Positions 29,042 through 38,699 of a stretch of 64,000 nt of DNA are shown here, one piece after another. The stretch spans positions 96,001 to 160,000 of the forward strand of contig JAZSKX010000014.1 of the NCBI GenBank assembly GCA_045535075.1, in the 5' to 3' direction. The stretch is from Candidatus Spyradenecus sp. GTDB lineage: Bacteria; Verrucomicrobiota; Verrucomicrobiia; Opitutales; UBA953. The notes below the pieces were generated by a model that did not search any database, was not told the origin of the DNA, and worked only from the letters and a program-made list of their open reading frames with translations. Both the position numbers and the translations under genes were made by a program. Numbering within the stretch: position 1 is the first letter of the stretch; every line of letters begins with the position of its first letter.

Positions 29042-29241
29042 GAAACAAACGGCGATGCCCATTCCGCCGTTCCCGCAAAATCGTTCCCGTGAAAGAAATT
29101 TTTCCGCGATGCAATAATAAAAACTTGCAAAAGTATTTTTTTTGTCCAAAAATTGCCCAAAATTCATTTTCGGCACTTCACTTTCACCCCGGAAATGAAC
29201 TCTCACTTCACATATTTACAGTCTTAACTTCATTAATCCTC

Positions 29242-32200
29242 ATGAACTCAGCAAAATTCCTGTTTTCAACCCTCATTGCTGCTGCCGCAATGACCGCTCC
29301 TGCGTATGCGGAGAATTATACAATCGGGACGAGTAATAACAATGATCCTAGACTTACTTCTGCAACAAGTGAGGATACGATTACATTTGAAAAAGAGAGT
29401 GGATTTCTTACCGCAGGAGGAGGAACGGTTAATGCGAATGTCGTGATTAATTCTTTGAAACTTACCGATGGTTATTCCAACGTAACGTACACGTTTAACG
29501 GGACGGTTACGGGAAGCGGCGAGTTTTCTTTTAACCCGACGACTAGCGCAAATAATCAGAACTACGTTTTCAATGGAGACGTAAGCGGTTATTCCGGAAA
29601 CATGATTATTAATGCGAACAAATACGGGAGTTTCACATTTAATAACAATGCGACCGGAACGGGGGCAATTACTGCGACAAGTGCGTGGTGTGCCGTGAAT
29701 TTTAATGGCGCGACGATTAACAATTCCGAAGTCAACGCCGCGACAATCAATATCAGCGGAACAACGTCTTTCGTCGCAAACACAAGCTTAATCGGCAAAG
29801 TCGTCGTTGCGTCCGGTGCAGAGACTTCCAATACGGGAACGCTTAATCTTTCGGGTGCGAAAGTTTCGTTGAATGGAGGTGCGCTTGTCAACACGGGAAC
29901 GGTGTCGGTTGGTTCCGAAACGATTTTTGATCTTACGAGCGTTGATGGAGCGCAAACGCTCATCTCCGGAGGGGCGATTACGGGATGGAACACGTTGGGG
30001 GTATCTAATTTTACTGTCAATGGAAAGGTTCTTGCTGGGCGTTCGACCGTGGAACTTTCTAATGCCGGGCAGGTCTCCATCACGGAGGTTGTTGCAACCT
30101 TGGTTTGGAATGGCGGTGAGCAGGGAACGTGGGATGTGGAATCTTCGGAAAATTGGTTGAACAACGGACAAGCCGATAAGTTCTACGTGCTCGACAGTGT
30201 TGAATTTACCGATAGCACTACTAACGGAACAATTGACGTTGCCTCAGCTGCTACCGTTACGGATTTTACTGTTCGCTCCGGGATCCATACCCTTACTCGT
30301 AGCAACGGTGGGTATGTTGCAATTGCGGGTAGTGCGACAATTGAAGATGGCGCAACGTTGATTTTGGGAACGGAAACCGGAGCCACGGGCTTGCTTCGCG
30401 GAGCCATTACAGTAAAAAATGGCGGAACGCTTCAATTTAACGCTAAGGATGTTACCGGTTATAATGGTGGCGCAAATTCTCTTCAGACGATTACCGTTGA
30501 TGAAGGCGGTTCTTTGGTTATGAATGTTGATGGGAACGAAACCTTTGCGGGAACGTTAAACTTGGGCGGAACTATTGCAAAAGGTGATAATGCAGGCAAC
30601 ACAACTGCTTGGGATATTTGGGGAAATTCTTCCATTAATGTAAAATCTGCAACAGCTAAGATAGCGACTAATATTCGTATAGGGCGTCAAAATGCGGTTA
30701 TTACCTTAGACGACGGCTCTATGCTTACCGTTTCCGGAAATATTGTGCTTCGCGATAGCGGTTCGGATACGTTGAAGGTTGACGGGGGGAATGGAAGCGG
30801 AAGCTTTGTGTTTACAGGAACATCCGGAACAATTGGAAGTGGAGTAAAACTGGGAAATGGGGCTTTGACCGTTGGCGATGGTGAAAATGCATCGTTTTTA
30901 ACTGTCGGGCGTATCGAGATTGGAGATAACGGATCCGGAAACGGAGAGGAGAATTCGGCTGTAAGTCGTCTTAACATTGAAAAAAACTCAACACTTAAAG
31001 TAACAGGAGCAACAAATACATGGAGTTCGACGACTGATTACAAGCAGAACTCCGTAGTATTGGGAGAATGGAGTAACACCACTCATGCTTCCATCAAAGG
31101 GACACTCCTTGCGAAAGATGCGGAAATCGGAATGGGTGATTGGGGGGCTCTCATTACGGTTGACGGCTTGCTTGTGGCGAAAGGACTGGGGCAAGCCGTA
31201 AAAAATGCGGGAGATTTTGCGGTGACGTTAAATGATGGCGGAAAAATTCTCGTTGGAGAGAGCGGGATTTCTGATAAGCGTAGTGCTCAAGGAAATATTA
31301 CTCTTAATGCGGGAACAGTTGGAACTTACTCCGATACGACTACGCTTGCATTGGGTATGACTTTGAACAGCGACGACGGAACGATATTTGATACGCAGAA
31401 ATACGTTTTTGCAGAAGACGGGAACTCCGTTTCTCAAGGTAGTGATGGCGGAGAGATTTCCGTAACGGGAAAACTCTCCAGCACAGGTAAACTCATTAAA
31501 TCCGGGGCAGGAACGCTTACGCTTTCGGGAGATAACACCTATTCCGGCGGCACGACGGTTTCCGCGGGGACGTTGGTTGCGGCGCATCAGAATGCGCTTG
31601 GATCGGGACCGCTCAAACTCAACGGCGGGACCTTCGGAACATCTTTGGACGCGTTTAGTGTCGCGGGAGCGGTCGAGCTCGGCGAAGGCACGACATCGAC
31701 GATTAATCTTGGTAAATACACCAACGGAGCGTTTGATACGAGCGTAGTCGCCAGAATTACGATTGACAACGAGATTTCCGGATCCGGATCGCTTGCGGTT
31801 GTCGGTAGAACAGACGCAGATGACGTTACCAATCCGAATGACCGTGAACAAAGATTGACTCTTTCCGGAAACAATTCTTACACGGGTGGGACGACGCTTA
31901 ACGGTGCGCGTGTTATTGCGAAGAGTGCAAGCGCTTTGGGGGCGGGCAATCTTTCTATGGACGGCGCTGAAGTTCAGATTGATACGGGATCTCTTACCGT
32001 TAAAAATTTGAACGGAAGCGGAACAATCATGCTCGGTGGGAATACGACGAGTTCTGTTTTGACGATTGAATCGACGGATGACACGACGTTTGCAGGGGAT
32101 TTGACGTCGGGAGTGACTAACGGCAGTAAAACGCTTGACCTCGTCAAAACCGGCGCGGGAACGTTGGTTCTCAGCGGGTCGAATGTTCTCAATGCCGTAA

Positions 32201-32691
32201 CTGTTTCCGAGGGGGCGCTGTCGGTAGAAGGATCTCTATCACCTATAGTGAAACCATATTCGTCAATTGCGGTTGCTTCCGATGCACAACTTACGGTTTC
32301 TCAGATGGTAAAGTATGACGAAGCAACGTACTACGGAATCTTTCTTAATACACTCAATCTTGCAACAGACTCGAAGCTTGTTGTTGATTTGGAGGGAGTT
32401 CAAGCGGCAGGCGAAACGATCACACTCAATATTGTTTCGGCGACAGCAGCGATTAACTTGGGTGCGAGCGTGGAAGGTGTGGCTCTAGCTACGGCAGATG
32501 TTCCCGCGATTGAAGATTTTGTTTCGATTACGGGTAATGCACTCCTCAGCGATTACGTCAAGCAGACGTGGACTCTGAGCGATAACACGCTTTCGTTGAC
32601 GCTTGCGATTCCGGAGCCGTCGTTGTTCGGCTTGTTGGCGGGCTTGGGTGCGTTGACCTTGGTCGGCACGCGCCGCCGCAAGAAAGCTTAA
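29242..32691 (+). CDS. Large surface protein with autotransporter-associated beta-strand (PATR) repeats and a PEP-CTERM anchor
   Basis: Signal peptide MNSAKFLF...PAYA; LIKSGAGTLTLSGDNTYSGGTTV-type repeats; C-terminus IPEPSLFGLLAGLGALTLVGTRRRKKA. Confidence 0.9.
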   Translation: MNSAKFLFSTLIAAAAMTAPAYAENYTIGTSNNNDPRLTSATSEDTITFEKESGFLTAGGGTVNANVVINSLKLTDGYSNVTYTFNGTVTGSGEFSFNPTTSANNQNYVFNGDVSGYSGNMIINANKYGSFTFNNNATGTGAITATSAWCAVNFNGATINNSEVNAATINISGTTSFVANTSLIGKVVVASGAETSNTGTLNLSGAKVSLNGGALVNTGTVSVGSETIFDLTSVDGAQTLISGGAITGWNTLGVSNFTVNGKVLAGRSTVELSNAGQVSITEVVATLVWNGGEQGTWDVESSENWLNNGQADKFYVLDSVEFTDSTTNGTIDVASAATVTDFTVRSGIHTLTRSNGGYVAIAGSATIEDGATLILGTETGATGLLRGAITVKNGGTLQFNAKDVTGYNGGANSLQTITVDEGGSLVMNVDGNETFAGTLNLGGTIAKGDNAGNTTAWDIWGNSSINVKSATAKIATNIRIGRQNAVITLDDGSMLTVSGNIVLRDSGSDTLKVDGGNGSGSFVFTGTSGTIGSGVKLGNGALTVGDGENASFLTVGRIEIGDNGSGNGEENSAVSRLNIEKNSTLKVTGATNTWSSTTDYKQNSVVLGEWSNTTHASIKGTLLAKDAEIGMGDWGALITVDGLLVAKGLGQAVKNAGDFAVTLNDGGKILVGESGISDKRSAQGNITLNAGTVGTYSDTTTLALGMTLNSDDGTIFDTQKYVFAEDGNSVSQGSDGGEISVTGKLSSTGKLIKSGAGTLTLSGDNTYSGGTTVSAGTLVAAHQNALGSGPLKLNGGTFGTSLDAFSVAGAVELGEGTTSTINLGKYTNGAFDTSVVARITIDNEISGSGSLAVVGRTDADDVTNPNDREQRLTLSGNNSYTGGTTLNGARVIAKSASALGAGNLSMDGAEVQIDTGSLTVKNLNGSGTIMLGGNTTSSVLTIESTDDTTFAGDLTSGVTNGSKTLDLVKTGAGTLVLSGSNVLNAVTVSEGALSVEGSLSPIVKPYSSIAVASDAQLTVSQMVKYDEATYYGIFLNTLNLATDSKLVVDLEGVQAAGETITLNIVSATAAINLGASVEGVALATADVPAIEDFVSITGNALLSDYVKQTWTLSDNTLSLTLAIPEPSLFGLLAGLGALTLVGTRRRKKA

Positions 32692-32715
32692 AGATTAATG
32701 CTTAGAGCTTAAAGG

Positions 32716-32754
32716 AACGTTCCCGCGGAGTGAATTCGCGGGAACGTTTTTTTT
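32716..32754 (+). terminator. Terminator built from an inverted pair of the RCGGGAACG motif
   Basis: AACGTTCCCGCG-gagtgaatt-CGCGGGAACGTT followed by a T tract, 25 nt after the stop codon. Confidence 0.85.
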
Positions 32755-33321
32755 GTGAATTTATAAGAATTGCGGGCAGAATATTTCTTTTGCCCTTTCA
32801 GGGCGTGGGTGATTTTTGGATTTTGTACCCAAGGTGTCGTTCGCGTTGCGAACTTGCCGTTGGGCTGAACTCCGATCGGCTTTCAGCCGAACCTCGGCGC
32901 GTTCCCGTGGAATGATTTGCGGGAACGTTTTGTGAATTTTATCCGCGTTTTCGTCGACGAAGTGATTTGAGAATTCGCACGTTCCCGGCAAATTAAATTC
33001 GGCTGAAAGCCGCTTGGAATTTCAGCCCGAGGCAAAATGAGCGCAGCGAATGTCGCCTCGGGTTTTTGTATAAAAATATTCGCCCTGAAAGGGCAAAAGA
33101 ACGTTCCCGCGAAAATGTTTTGTGAATTTATGAAAAATTGCGGGCAGAATATTTCTTTTGCCCTTTCAGGGCGCGGGTGATTTTGGATTTCGTTCCCAAG
33201 GCGTCGTTCGCGTTGCGAACTTGCCGTTGGGCTGGACTCCGTTCGGCTTCCAGCCGAAACCCCGGCGCGTTCCCGTGGAATGATTAGCGGGAACGTTTTC
33301 ACATTTCCCGGCTGAAAGCCG
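32751..33321 (-). repeat. REP/REPIN-like element cluster: full inverted copy B (32788-33098) plus a duplicated arm (33118-33299)
   Basis: GCCCTTTCAGGGC...CCCAAGG.GTCGTTCGCGTTGCGAACTTGCCGTTGGGCT occurs twice. AGCCCGAGGCAAAATGAGCGCAGCGAATGTCGCCTCGGG...GCCCTGAAAGGGC is a near reverse complement of 34613-34690. Confidence 0.85.
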
Positions 33322-33350
33322 AAGAGAATTTTGCCTCCGGGCTTCTTGAT

Positions 33351-34508
33351 TTACTCGGCTTGGAGAATCAGGCCTTTAAGGTAATGGCTTTCCGGGAAAT
33401 TCAAAAGCGAAGGATGGTCCGCCGGTTGTCCGGTGATTTCGAGCAAGCGCACGTCGCGCTTTGCATCTCGTGCCGCCGAGGAAACAACGTCGATGTAGCG
33501 CTCAAGTCCGATGCGTTGCGAGCAGGAATACGTTGCGAGGATTCCGCCCGGAGTCAGCATTTTCAGCGCCCTCAGATTCAGTTCCTTGTAGCCGCGCAGG
33601 GCGCCGTCGAGCGCTGATTTCGAGCGGGCGAACGGCGGCGGATCCAACACAATCAAATCAAAGCGCTTGTCGCGATTATTTCCGAACCAATCAAAAAGGT
33701 TGGCGACCTCAAAATCCGCATTTGCGATTCCGTTGCGTTCACAATTTTTTCGGGAAGCTTCGATTGCCGCCGCTGAAATATCGATGCCCAAGACGCTTGA
33801 GGCGCCGTGGCGGGAACATTGCATGGAAAAACCGCCTTGGTTGCAGCAGGCGTCCAAAACATTGCGCCCGGCGGCATAACGCGCCGCGATGTGCGAATGC
33901 TGTTCCCGTTGGTCGAGGTAGAATCCGGTTTTTTGTCCGTTTGCCAAGTCGAGAAAATATTCCAAGCCGTCGATTTTAAACCACCGCGGCGTGTGTGCTT
34001 TTTCCTTGTAAAAACGGATTCCGAGGTCGAGCCCTTCAAATTTTCGGCTTGGAGCGTCGTTGCGGAAAATGATTTCCGACGGCGATAATTTTCGCTCCAG
34101 CCAATCTGCGATAAACGGCAATTGTCTGTCAGCTCCGACCGTCAACGCTTGAACAACGAGCGTGTCTTCAAATTTATCGACGACGAGCCCGGGAAGTGAA
34201 TCCGCTTCCGACCAAACCAAGCGGCAACACGGCAACGCGTTCCCGCGGCGGGCAACGGATTTTTCCAAGGCTGCGGACAGGAATTCGCCGTCCCATTCCC
34301 GAACAATTCGCGAGAAACGCCGCCAAACGATTTGCGATTTTCCGCTCCAAATTCCTGCTCCGAGCGAGTTCCCGCGCGCGTCTAGTAGCTCAGCAGCAAC
34401 GCCGTCTTCGATCTTCGGCGGCGTTTCGATTTCTCCGGCAAAAACCCAAGGATGCCCGTGGAGAATACGTGCCGGACGCTTGGCGAGCTTGAGACGAATT
34501 TGTTTCAT
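33351..34508 (-). CDS. RlmI-family class I SAM-dependent rRNA methyltransferase
   Basis: PUA-like GHPWVF, EADSLPGLVVD, GQKTGFYLDQR and LDPPPF motifs. Confidence 0.9.
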   Translation of the reverse strand: MKQIRLKLAKRPARILHGHPWVFAGEIETPPKIEDGVAAELLDARGNSLGAGIWSGKSQIVWRRFSRIVREWDGEFLSAALEKSVARRGNALPCCRLVWSEADSLPGLVVDKFEDTLVVQALTVGADRQLPFIADWLERKLSPSEIIFRNDAPSRKFEGLDLGIRFYKEKAHTPRWFKIDGLEYFLDLANGQKTGFYLDQREQHSHIAARYAAGRNVLDACCNQGGFSMQCSRHGASSVLGIDISAAAIEASRKNCERNGIANADFEVANLFDWFGNNRDKRFDLIVLDPPPFARSKSALDGALRGYKELNLRALKMLTPGGILATYSCSQRIGLERYIDVVSSAARDAKRDVRLLEITGQPADHPSLLNFPESHYLKGLILQAE

Positions 34509-34612
34509 GCCGAAAATCCTAAATCGAATTTCCCGCAACAGCAAGCACGCGAAGAAAACCCCGGAAGTCGTTTCCGCGAAAACGATGCGAATAAAAACGG
34601 GGCGCGGTTCTG

Positions 34613-34908
34613 TTGCCCTTGCAGGGCGAATGTTTTTTTTGTGTGAAATCCCGAGGCGACATTCGCTTTGCTCATTTTGCCTCGGGCTAAAACTCCGCTC
34701 GGCTTTCAGCCGGATTTTTAATTCGCGGGAACGGGCGTATTCGCAAATCCCGTTTGTCGATGAAAGCGCGGATAAAATCGCAAAACGTTCCCGTAGGCGT
34801 AATTTTCGGCCGAAAGCCGGACGAAGTCTAGCCCAACGGCAAGTTCGCGGAGCGAACGTCGCCTTGGGTCCGGAACATTAAAATCCCCCGCGCCCTGAAA
34901 GGGCAAAA
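34613..34908 (+). repeat. REP/REPIN-like palindromic element, copy C (full)
   Basis: Left arm GCCCTTGCAGGGC-CCCGAGGCGACATTCGC...GCCTCGGGCT-GGCTTTCAGCC; spacer containing a motif pair; right arm as in copy A. Confidence 0.85.
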
Positions 34909-34962
34909 AGAAGCGAATCAGGACTCCGTCGTTCCCGTGAAAACAAAACCGGCGACGGTTTC

Positions 34963-36039
34963 TTAATCTTCGTCGACGAAATTGAGCGCCATTTCTTCGT
35001 CGGTGCGTTCCCGCTTGAGATTGATGAGCGGAACGAGCGCCGCCATCAGTACGAGCGTTACAATCATGGCTCCCCAGCCGATGACATCGTGCACGGTGCC
35101 GAGGGTGAAATCGGGGCTTTCGGCCGCGTTGCCGAAGAAGTCTAATTCGAGAGCTCCGGAGCCGTTGAATGAGGCCCAAAGCGTGAGAAAGCTGGAGCGC
35201 ATGACATTGAGCAAAAGAGCAAAAACAATCGAAAGCGCGACGAAGAAAACTTTTTTCTTCAAGCTGTGCATAAACACGGCTGCAAGAAAAGAGCCAGTGA
35301 AAAGGCATGCCGTGAGCGAGCGGACGCCGGAGCAGGCGTCTTCGACGCCGACGCGGTCGCCGCCGGGAAGCAGAATCGTGTTGGCTTCTTGCGTGAGGTC
35401 GAAGCCGAGGAAATTCATCAGATGAACGACGGTCGATGTAACGTTGGAGAGCAAGAGCGTTTTGATTTGTCGATCGACGAGAAACGTGAACGGGCCGGAA
35501 ATCATCCACACGCAAATCGGGAAGACGAGGAGGAGTAACAGGCGAATGCGCGCGCGCAAGTCCTGCGGTGTTCCCGTGAGGGTTTCGGAAGCGGAAAACC
35601 ACGCCAGCCCGAAGCAGAGCCCGACGAATCCGGCGGTGTTTTGGTAGGTGGTGAATGCGTCGAATCCGTAGATTGCGGAACCGATGGCTCCCGAAGCGAA
35701 GAGCAGGGCGGAAAAGAGCGTTCCCGCGAAGAAAATCAGGTTGAGCCATACGGGAACGGCGGTCCCGGGCTTGACCGCCCAGGCGGGAAGCTGAAATTCG
35801 TCGTTGGCGTCTTCTTCATCCGGCGTTCCCGTGAAAATGCGTTTGATTTTGTGCCAGCGTTCTTTGATGACGAAGGCGCTGAAGAGCGGAACGAGGTAGC
35901 CGAAAAGGTAATCGTCCTTGGCGTTCCAGCATTGAACCTGATCAAAAAGGAGTACCGCACAGGCAAGCAACGCGATGCCGACGTACCAAAGCGGGGAAAG
36001 CGTTTTCGAGTGTTGGGCGGATGTTTTTGAAATTTCCAT
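34963..36039 (-). CDS. Exosortase/archaeosortase family protein
   Basis: Multi-TM protein with VEDACSGVRS (Cys), NVMR (Arg) and VHD (His); start uncertain. Confidence 0.88.
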   Translation of the reverse strand: MEISKTSAQHSKTLSPLWYVGIALLACAVLLFDQVQCWNAKDDYLFGYLVPLFSAFVIKERWHKIKRIFTGTPDEEDANDEFQLPAWAVKPGTAVPVWLNLIFFAGTLFSALLFASGAIGSAIYGFDAFTTYQNTAGFVGLCFGLAWFSASETLTGTPQDLRARIRLLLLLVFPICVWMISGPFTFLVDRQIKTLLLSNVTSTVVHLMNFLGFDLTQEANTILLPGGDRVGVEDACSGVRSLTACLFTGSFLAAVFMHSLKKKVFFVALSIVFALLLNVMRSSFLTLWASFNGSGALELDFFGNAAESPDFTLGTVHDVIGWGAMIVTLVLMAALVPLINLKRERTDEEMALNFVDED

Positions 36040-36210
36040 AAACTTTGAATTAAACATCAAATGTTCGTCTGCGGAAATCTTATTCTGCGGCTCAAATTGT
36101 AAAAACGTTTCTTTGTGTTTTCCGCTGCAAAACGCTTCCCGTGAAACGCGGAATAAATTATTTGATTCGCGGGAACGGCTCCGATAAAATCCGATTTTCA
36201 ATTTTTCACT

Positions 36211-37299
36211 ATGGACTATCTATTCGAATACGCAGTACGTCCTTTGATTTTCCGCTTGTGGAAAGACGCTGAAACTGCTCACGACAGAACGCTTCAAGGC
36301 TTGAGTCTTTTCAGTAAAATGAAGCCGATTATTTCGCTTTTGGAGCGCTTTAATATGCACAACGGGCGCTTGCCGGAGCAAAAACCGATTGAGCTTTTCG
36401 GGCTGAAGTTCCCGAATATTGTCGGCGTCGCGGCAGGATTTGATAAACAGGCGCGCGCATGGACGTCGCTCGGCGCCTTCGGTTTCGGACACGTTGAAAT
36501 CGGCACAATCACGAATCTTGCTCAAAGCGGTAACGAAAAACCGCGCCTTTTCCGTTATCCGAAATTTGAAGCGGCGGTCAACAGCTTCGGTTTCCCGAAT
36601 GACGGAGCCGACGAAATCGCCAAGCGCATTGCGAAAGGTCCGAAAAAAGGTAAGCGCGCGTTCCCGCTCGGCATCAATATCGGCAAGTCCAAGGTTTGTC
36701 CGATTGAAAACGCCGTCGAAGATTATCTCGGTTCGTTCCGCAAGCTTGCCGGCTTGGCGGACTATGTTGCCGTCAATATCAGCTCGCCGAACACGCCGAA
36801 CCTGCGGGAACTCCACGATAAAAAGCACCTCGTTACGCTTTTGAGCGAATTGCAAAAGGAAAACCGCGCGTATGCGCTGCGCAACAAGGAAAAACCGTTG
36901 CCGTTGCTTTTGAAAATCGCGCCGGATCTTTCTTACAATCAGGTGGACGACGTTTTGTCCGTTGTCGAAGAAACCGAATTCAACGGCATTATCGCGACGA
37001 ATACGACGGTTACGCGGCCGGAATTCATGGGCAATGTCGTTACCAAGGGCGGGCTTTCGGGCGCGCCGCTGATGCGCAAGTCGCTCGACATGGTGCGCTA
37101 CATCGTCAAGCGCACGGAAGGCCATCTTCCCGTTATCGGCTCTGGCGGTATTTGTACGGCGGATGATGCGGATCGTTTCCTCGCGGTCGGTGCTTCGCTG
37201 ATTCAGATTTATACGTCAATGATTTATCGCGGACCGTTCTTTGCCCGTGAACTTGCCAAAGCTTACGCTTGGCGGCAAACGGAATGGCCGATGAAATAA
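36211..37299 (+). CDS. pyrD: Quinone-dependent dihydroorotate dehydrogenase
   Basis: AAGFDK, GNEKPRLFR, NISSPNTPNLR, KIAPD and GGLSG motifs. Confidence 0.95.
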   Translation: MDYLFEYAVRPLIFRLWKDAETAHDRTLQGLSLFSKMKPIISLLERFNMHNGRLPEQKPIELFGLKFPNIVGVAAGFDKQARAWTSLGAFGFGHVEIGTITNLAQSGNEKPRLFRYPKFEAAVNSFGFPNDGADEIAKRIAKGPKKGKRAFPLGINIGKSKVCPIENAVEDYLGSFRKLAGLADYVAVNISSPNTPNLRELHDKKHLVTLLSELQKENRAYALRNKEKPLPLLLKIAPDLSYNQVDDVLSVVEETEFNGIIATNTTVTRPEFMGNVVTKGGLSGAPLMRKSLDMVRYIVKRTEGHLPVIGSGGICTADDADRFLAVGASLIQIYTSMIYRGPFFARELAKAYAWRQTEWPMK

Positions 37300-37308
37300 A
37301 GCGTTCCC

Positions 37309-38640
37309 GTGAGCGACCATAAAAAAGAATTAACACACCCGGAGAGCGGCGTTCCCGCATCTTCGGGTGCTTTGCGTTGGGTCATTTACGATTTGGGGCA
37401 TACCGGCTTTACGATGATCGTGATGGCGGTGCTTTTCCCGATTCTTTTTCAGGATTTTTGGGCGGGAACGCTTCCCGAACACCTGAAGACATCGCGCTAC
37501 GGGTTGACGCTCGGCATCGCGAGCGTGTTTGTCGCGTTGATGTCGCCCGTGCTCGCGACCATCGCCCAAGCCGGCGGCTTGCGCACGATTCTTTTTCGCG
37601 TACTTTGCTCCGTCGGTATCGTGGGAACGGCGCTTCTTACCTTCGTGGAAAAAGACTGCTGGCAAATCGCGTCGCTGGTTTACATCGTCGCCGCCATCGG
37701 ATTTTTCGGCGCCAATCTTTTTTATGATTCGCTTTTGATTGATGTTTCGACGGAGAAAAACCGCGACGCCGTCAGCGGGGCGGCGTTTTCCGTCGGCTAT
37801 GTGGGAGGCGTGCTTTTGCTCGGAACAATCGCCGTTTGGACACAGCATTGGACGCTCCTCGGCTTTGAAACAATGCCGGATCCGCGCTGGCTCTTTGCGC
37901 TCGGTTCCGTCTGGTGGCTTGTTTTCGCGCTTCCGCTTCTTTTCAGGAAAAAGAAACATGTCGGGCCGTCCGGCTTGAGCCTGCGTACGAGTTTCCGCGA
38001 ACTCGGCGAAACCTGCCTTGCATTTTGGCGCACGAAAAATGTCCGTTGGTTTATGCTCGCCTACTTTTGCTATATCGACGGCGTTCACACGATTATTACC
38101 TCGGCGGTGCGCTACGGGAACGCGCTCGGATTTTCGCAGAGCGATTTGTTTATCGCGCTTTTTATCGTGCAAGTTTTCGGCGTGCCGTGTGCTTTGCTTT
38201 TCGGCGTTTTGGGGAAATGCTTCGGTGCGCGCCCGGTGCTTTTTGCCGCCATTGCGATTTATATCGGCGTCGCGTTTTACGGTGCTTTGATGCCGGTTGA
38301 GCCGCTTGTGATTTTCGGAAAAGCGATTTCGCCGATGTTCGTGCTCGCCGCCTTAATCGGCATGGTGCAGGGCGGCGTTCAGGCGCTTTCCCGATCGTAT
38401 TTTGCAACGATTATTCCCGCGGGAAGAGAAGTTTCTTTCTTCGGATTTTACAGCATGATCGGACGCTGTTCGACCGTGCTCGGACCGGTTTTACTCAGCG
38501 TTATCGCCGTCGTGATGCACCGCGAAGACGCGCCGCTTTATTCGACGCGCGCCGGAATCGCGGGTATTTCAATTCTCTTTGTCATCGGAGCAATTTTCCT
38601 CGCTTTCGCAGGAAAACAGAAAAATTTCCGCGCAAACTAA
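37309..38640 (+). CDS. MFS transporter (UMF1/Atg22-like)
   Basis: WVIYD, FYDSLL, GYVGG, YIDGV and QALSRS motifs; about 12 TM segments. Confidence 0.85.
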   Translation: MSDHKKELTHPESGVPASSGALRWVIYDLGHTGFTMIVMAVLFPILFQDFWAGTLPEHLKTSRYGLTLGIASVFVALMSPVLATIAQAGGLRTILFRVLCSVGIVGTALLTFVEKDCWQIASLVYIVAAIGFFGANLFYDSLLIDVSTEKNRDAVSGAAFSVGYVGGVLLLGTIAVWTQHWTLLGFETMPDPRWLFALGSVWWLVFALPLLFRKKKHVGPSGLSLRTSFRELGETCLAFWRTKNVRWFMLAYFCYIDGVHTIITSAVRYGNALGFSQSDLFIALFIVQVFGVPCALLFGVLGKCFGARPVLFAAIAIYIGVAFYGALMPVEPLVIFGKAISPMFVLAALIGMVQGGVQALSRSYFATIIPAGREVSFFGFYSMIGRCSTVLGPVLLSVIAVVMHREDAPLYSTRAGIAGISILFVIGAIFLAFAGKQKNFRAN

Positions 38641-38699
38641 ATCTGAATAACAATTCACCCGCGGACGCTTTTTTGTGGGAAGACTTCGTTTGATGGAGT

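Noticed and set aside
28741..34981. Small ORFs spanning the repeat elements (e.g. 28791-29114, 32883-33302, 34162-34881) as a protein family
   Set aside because: Their similarity comes from translating the DNA repeat; frames and strands are inconsistent between copies.
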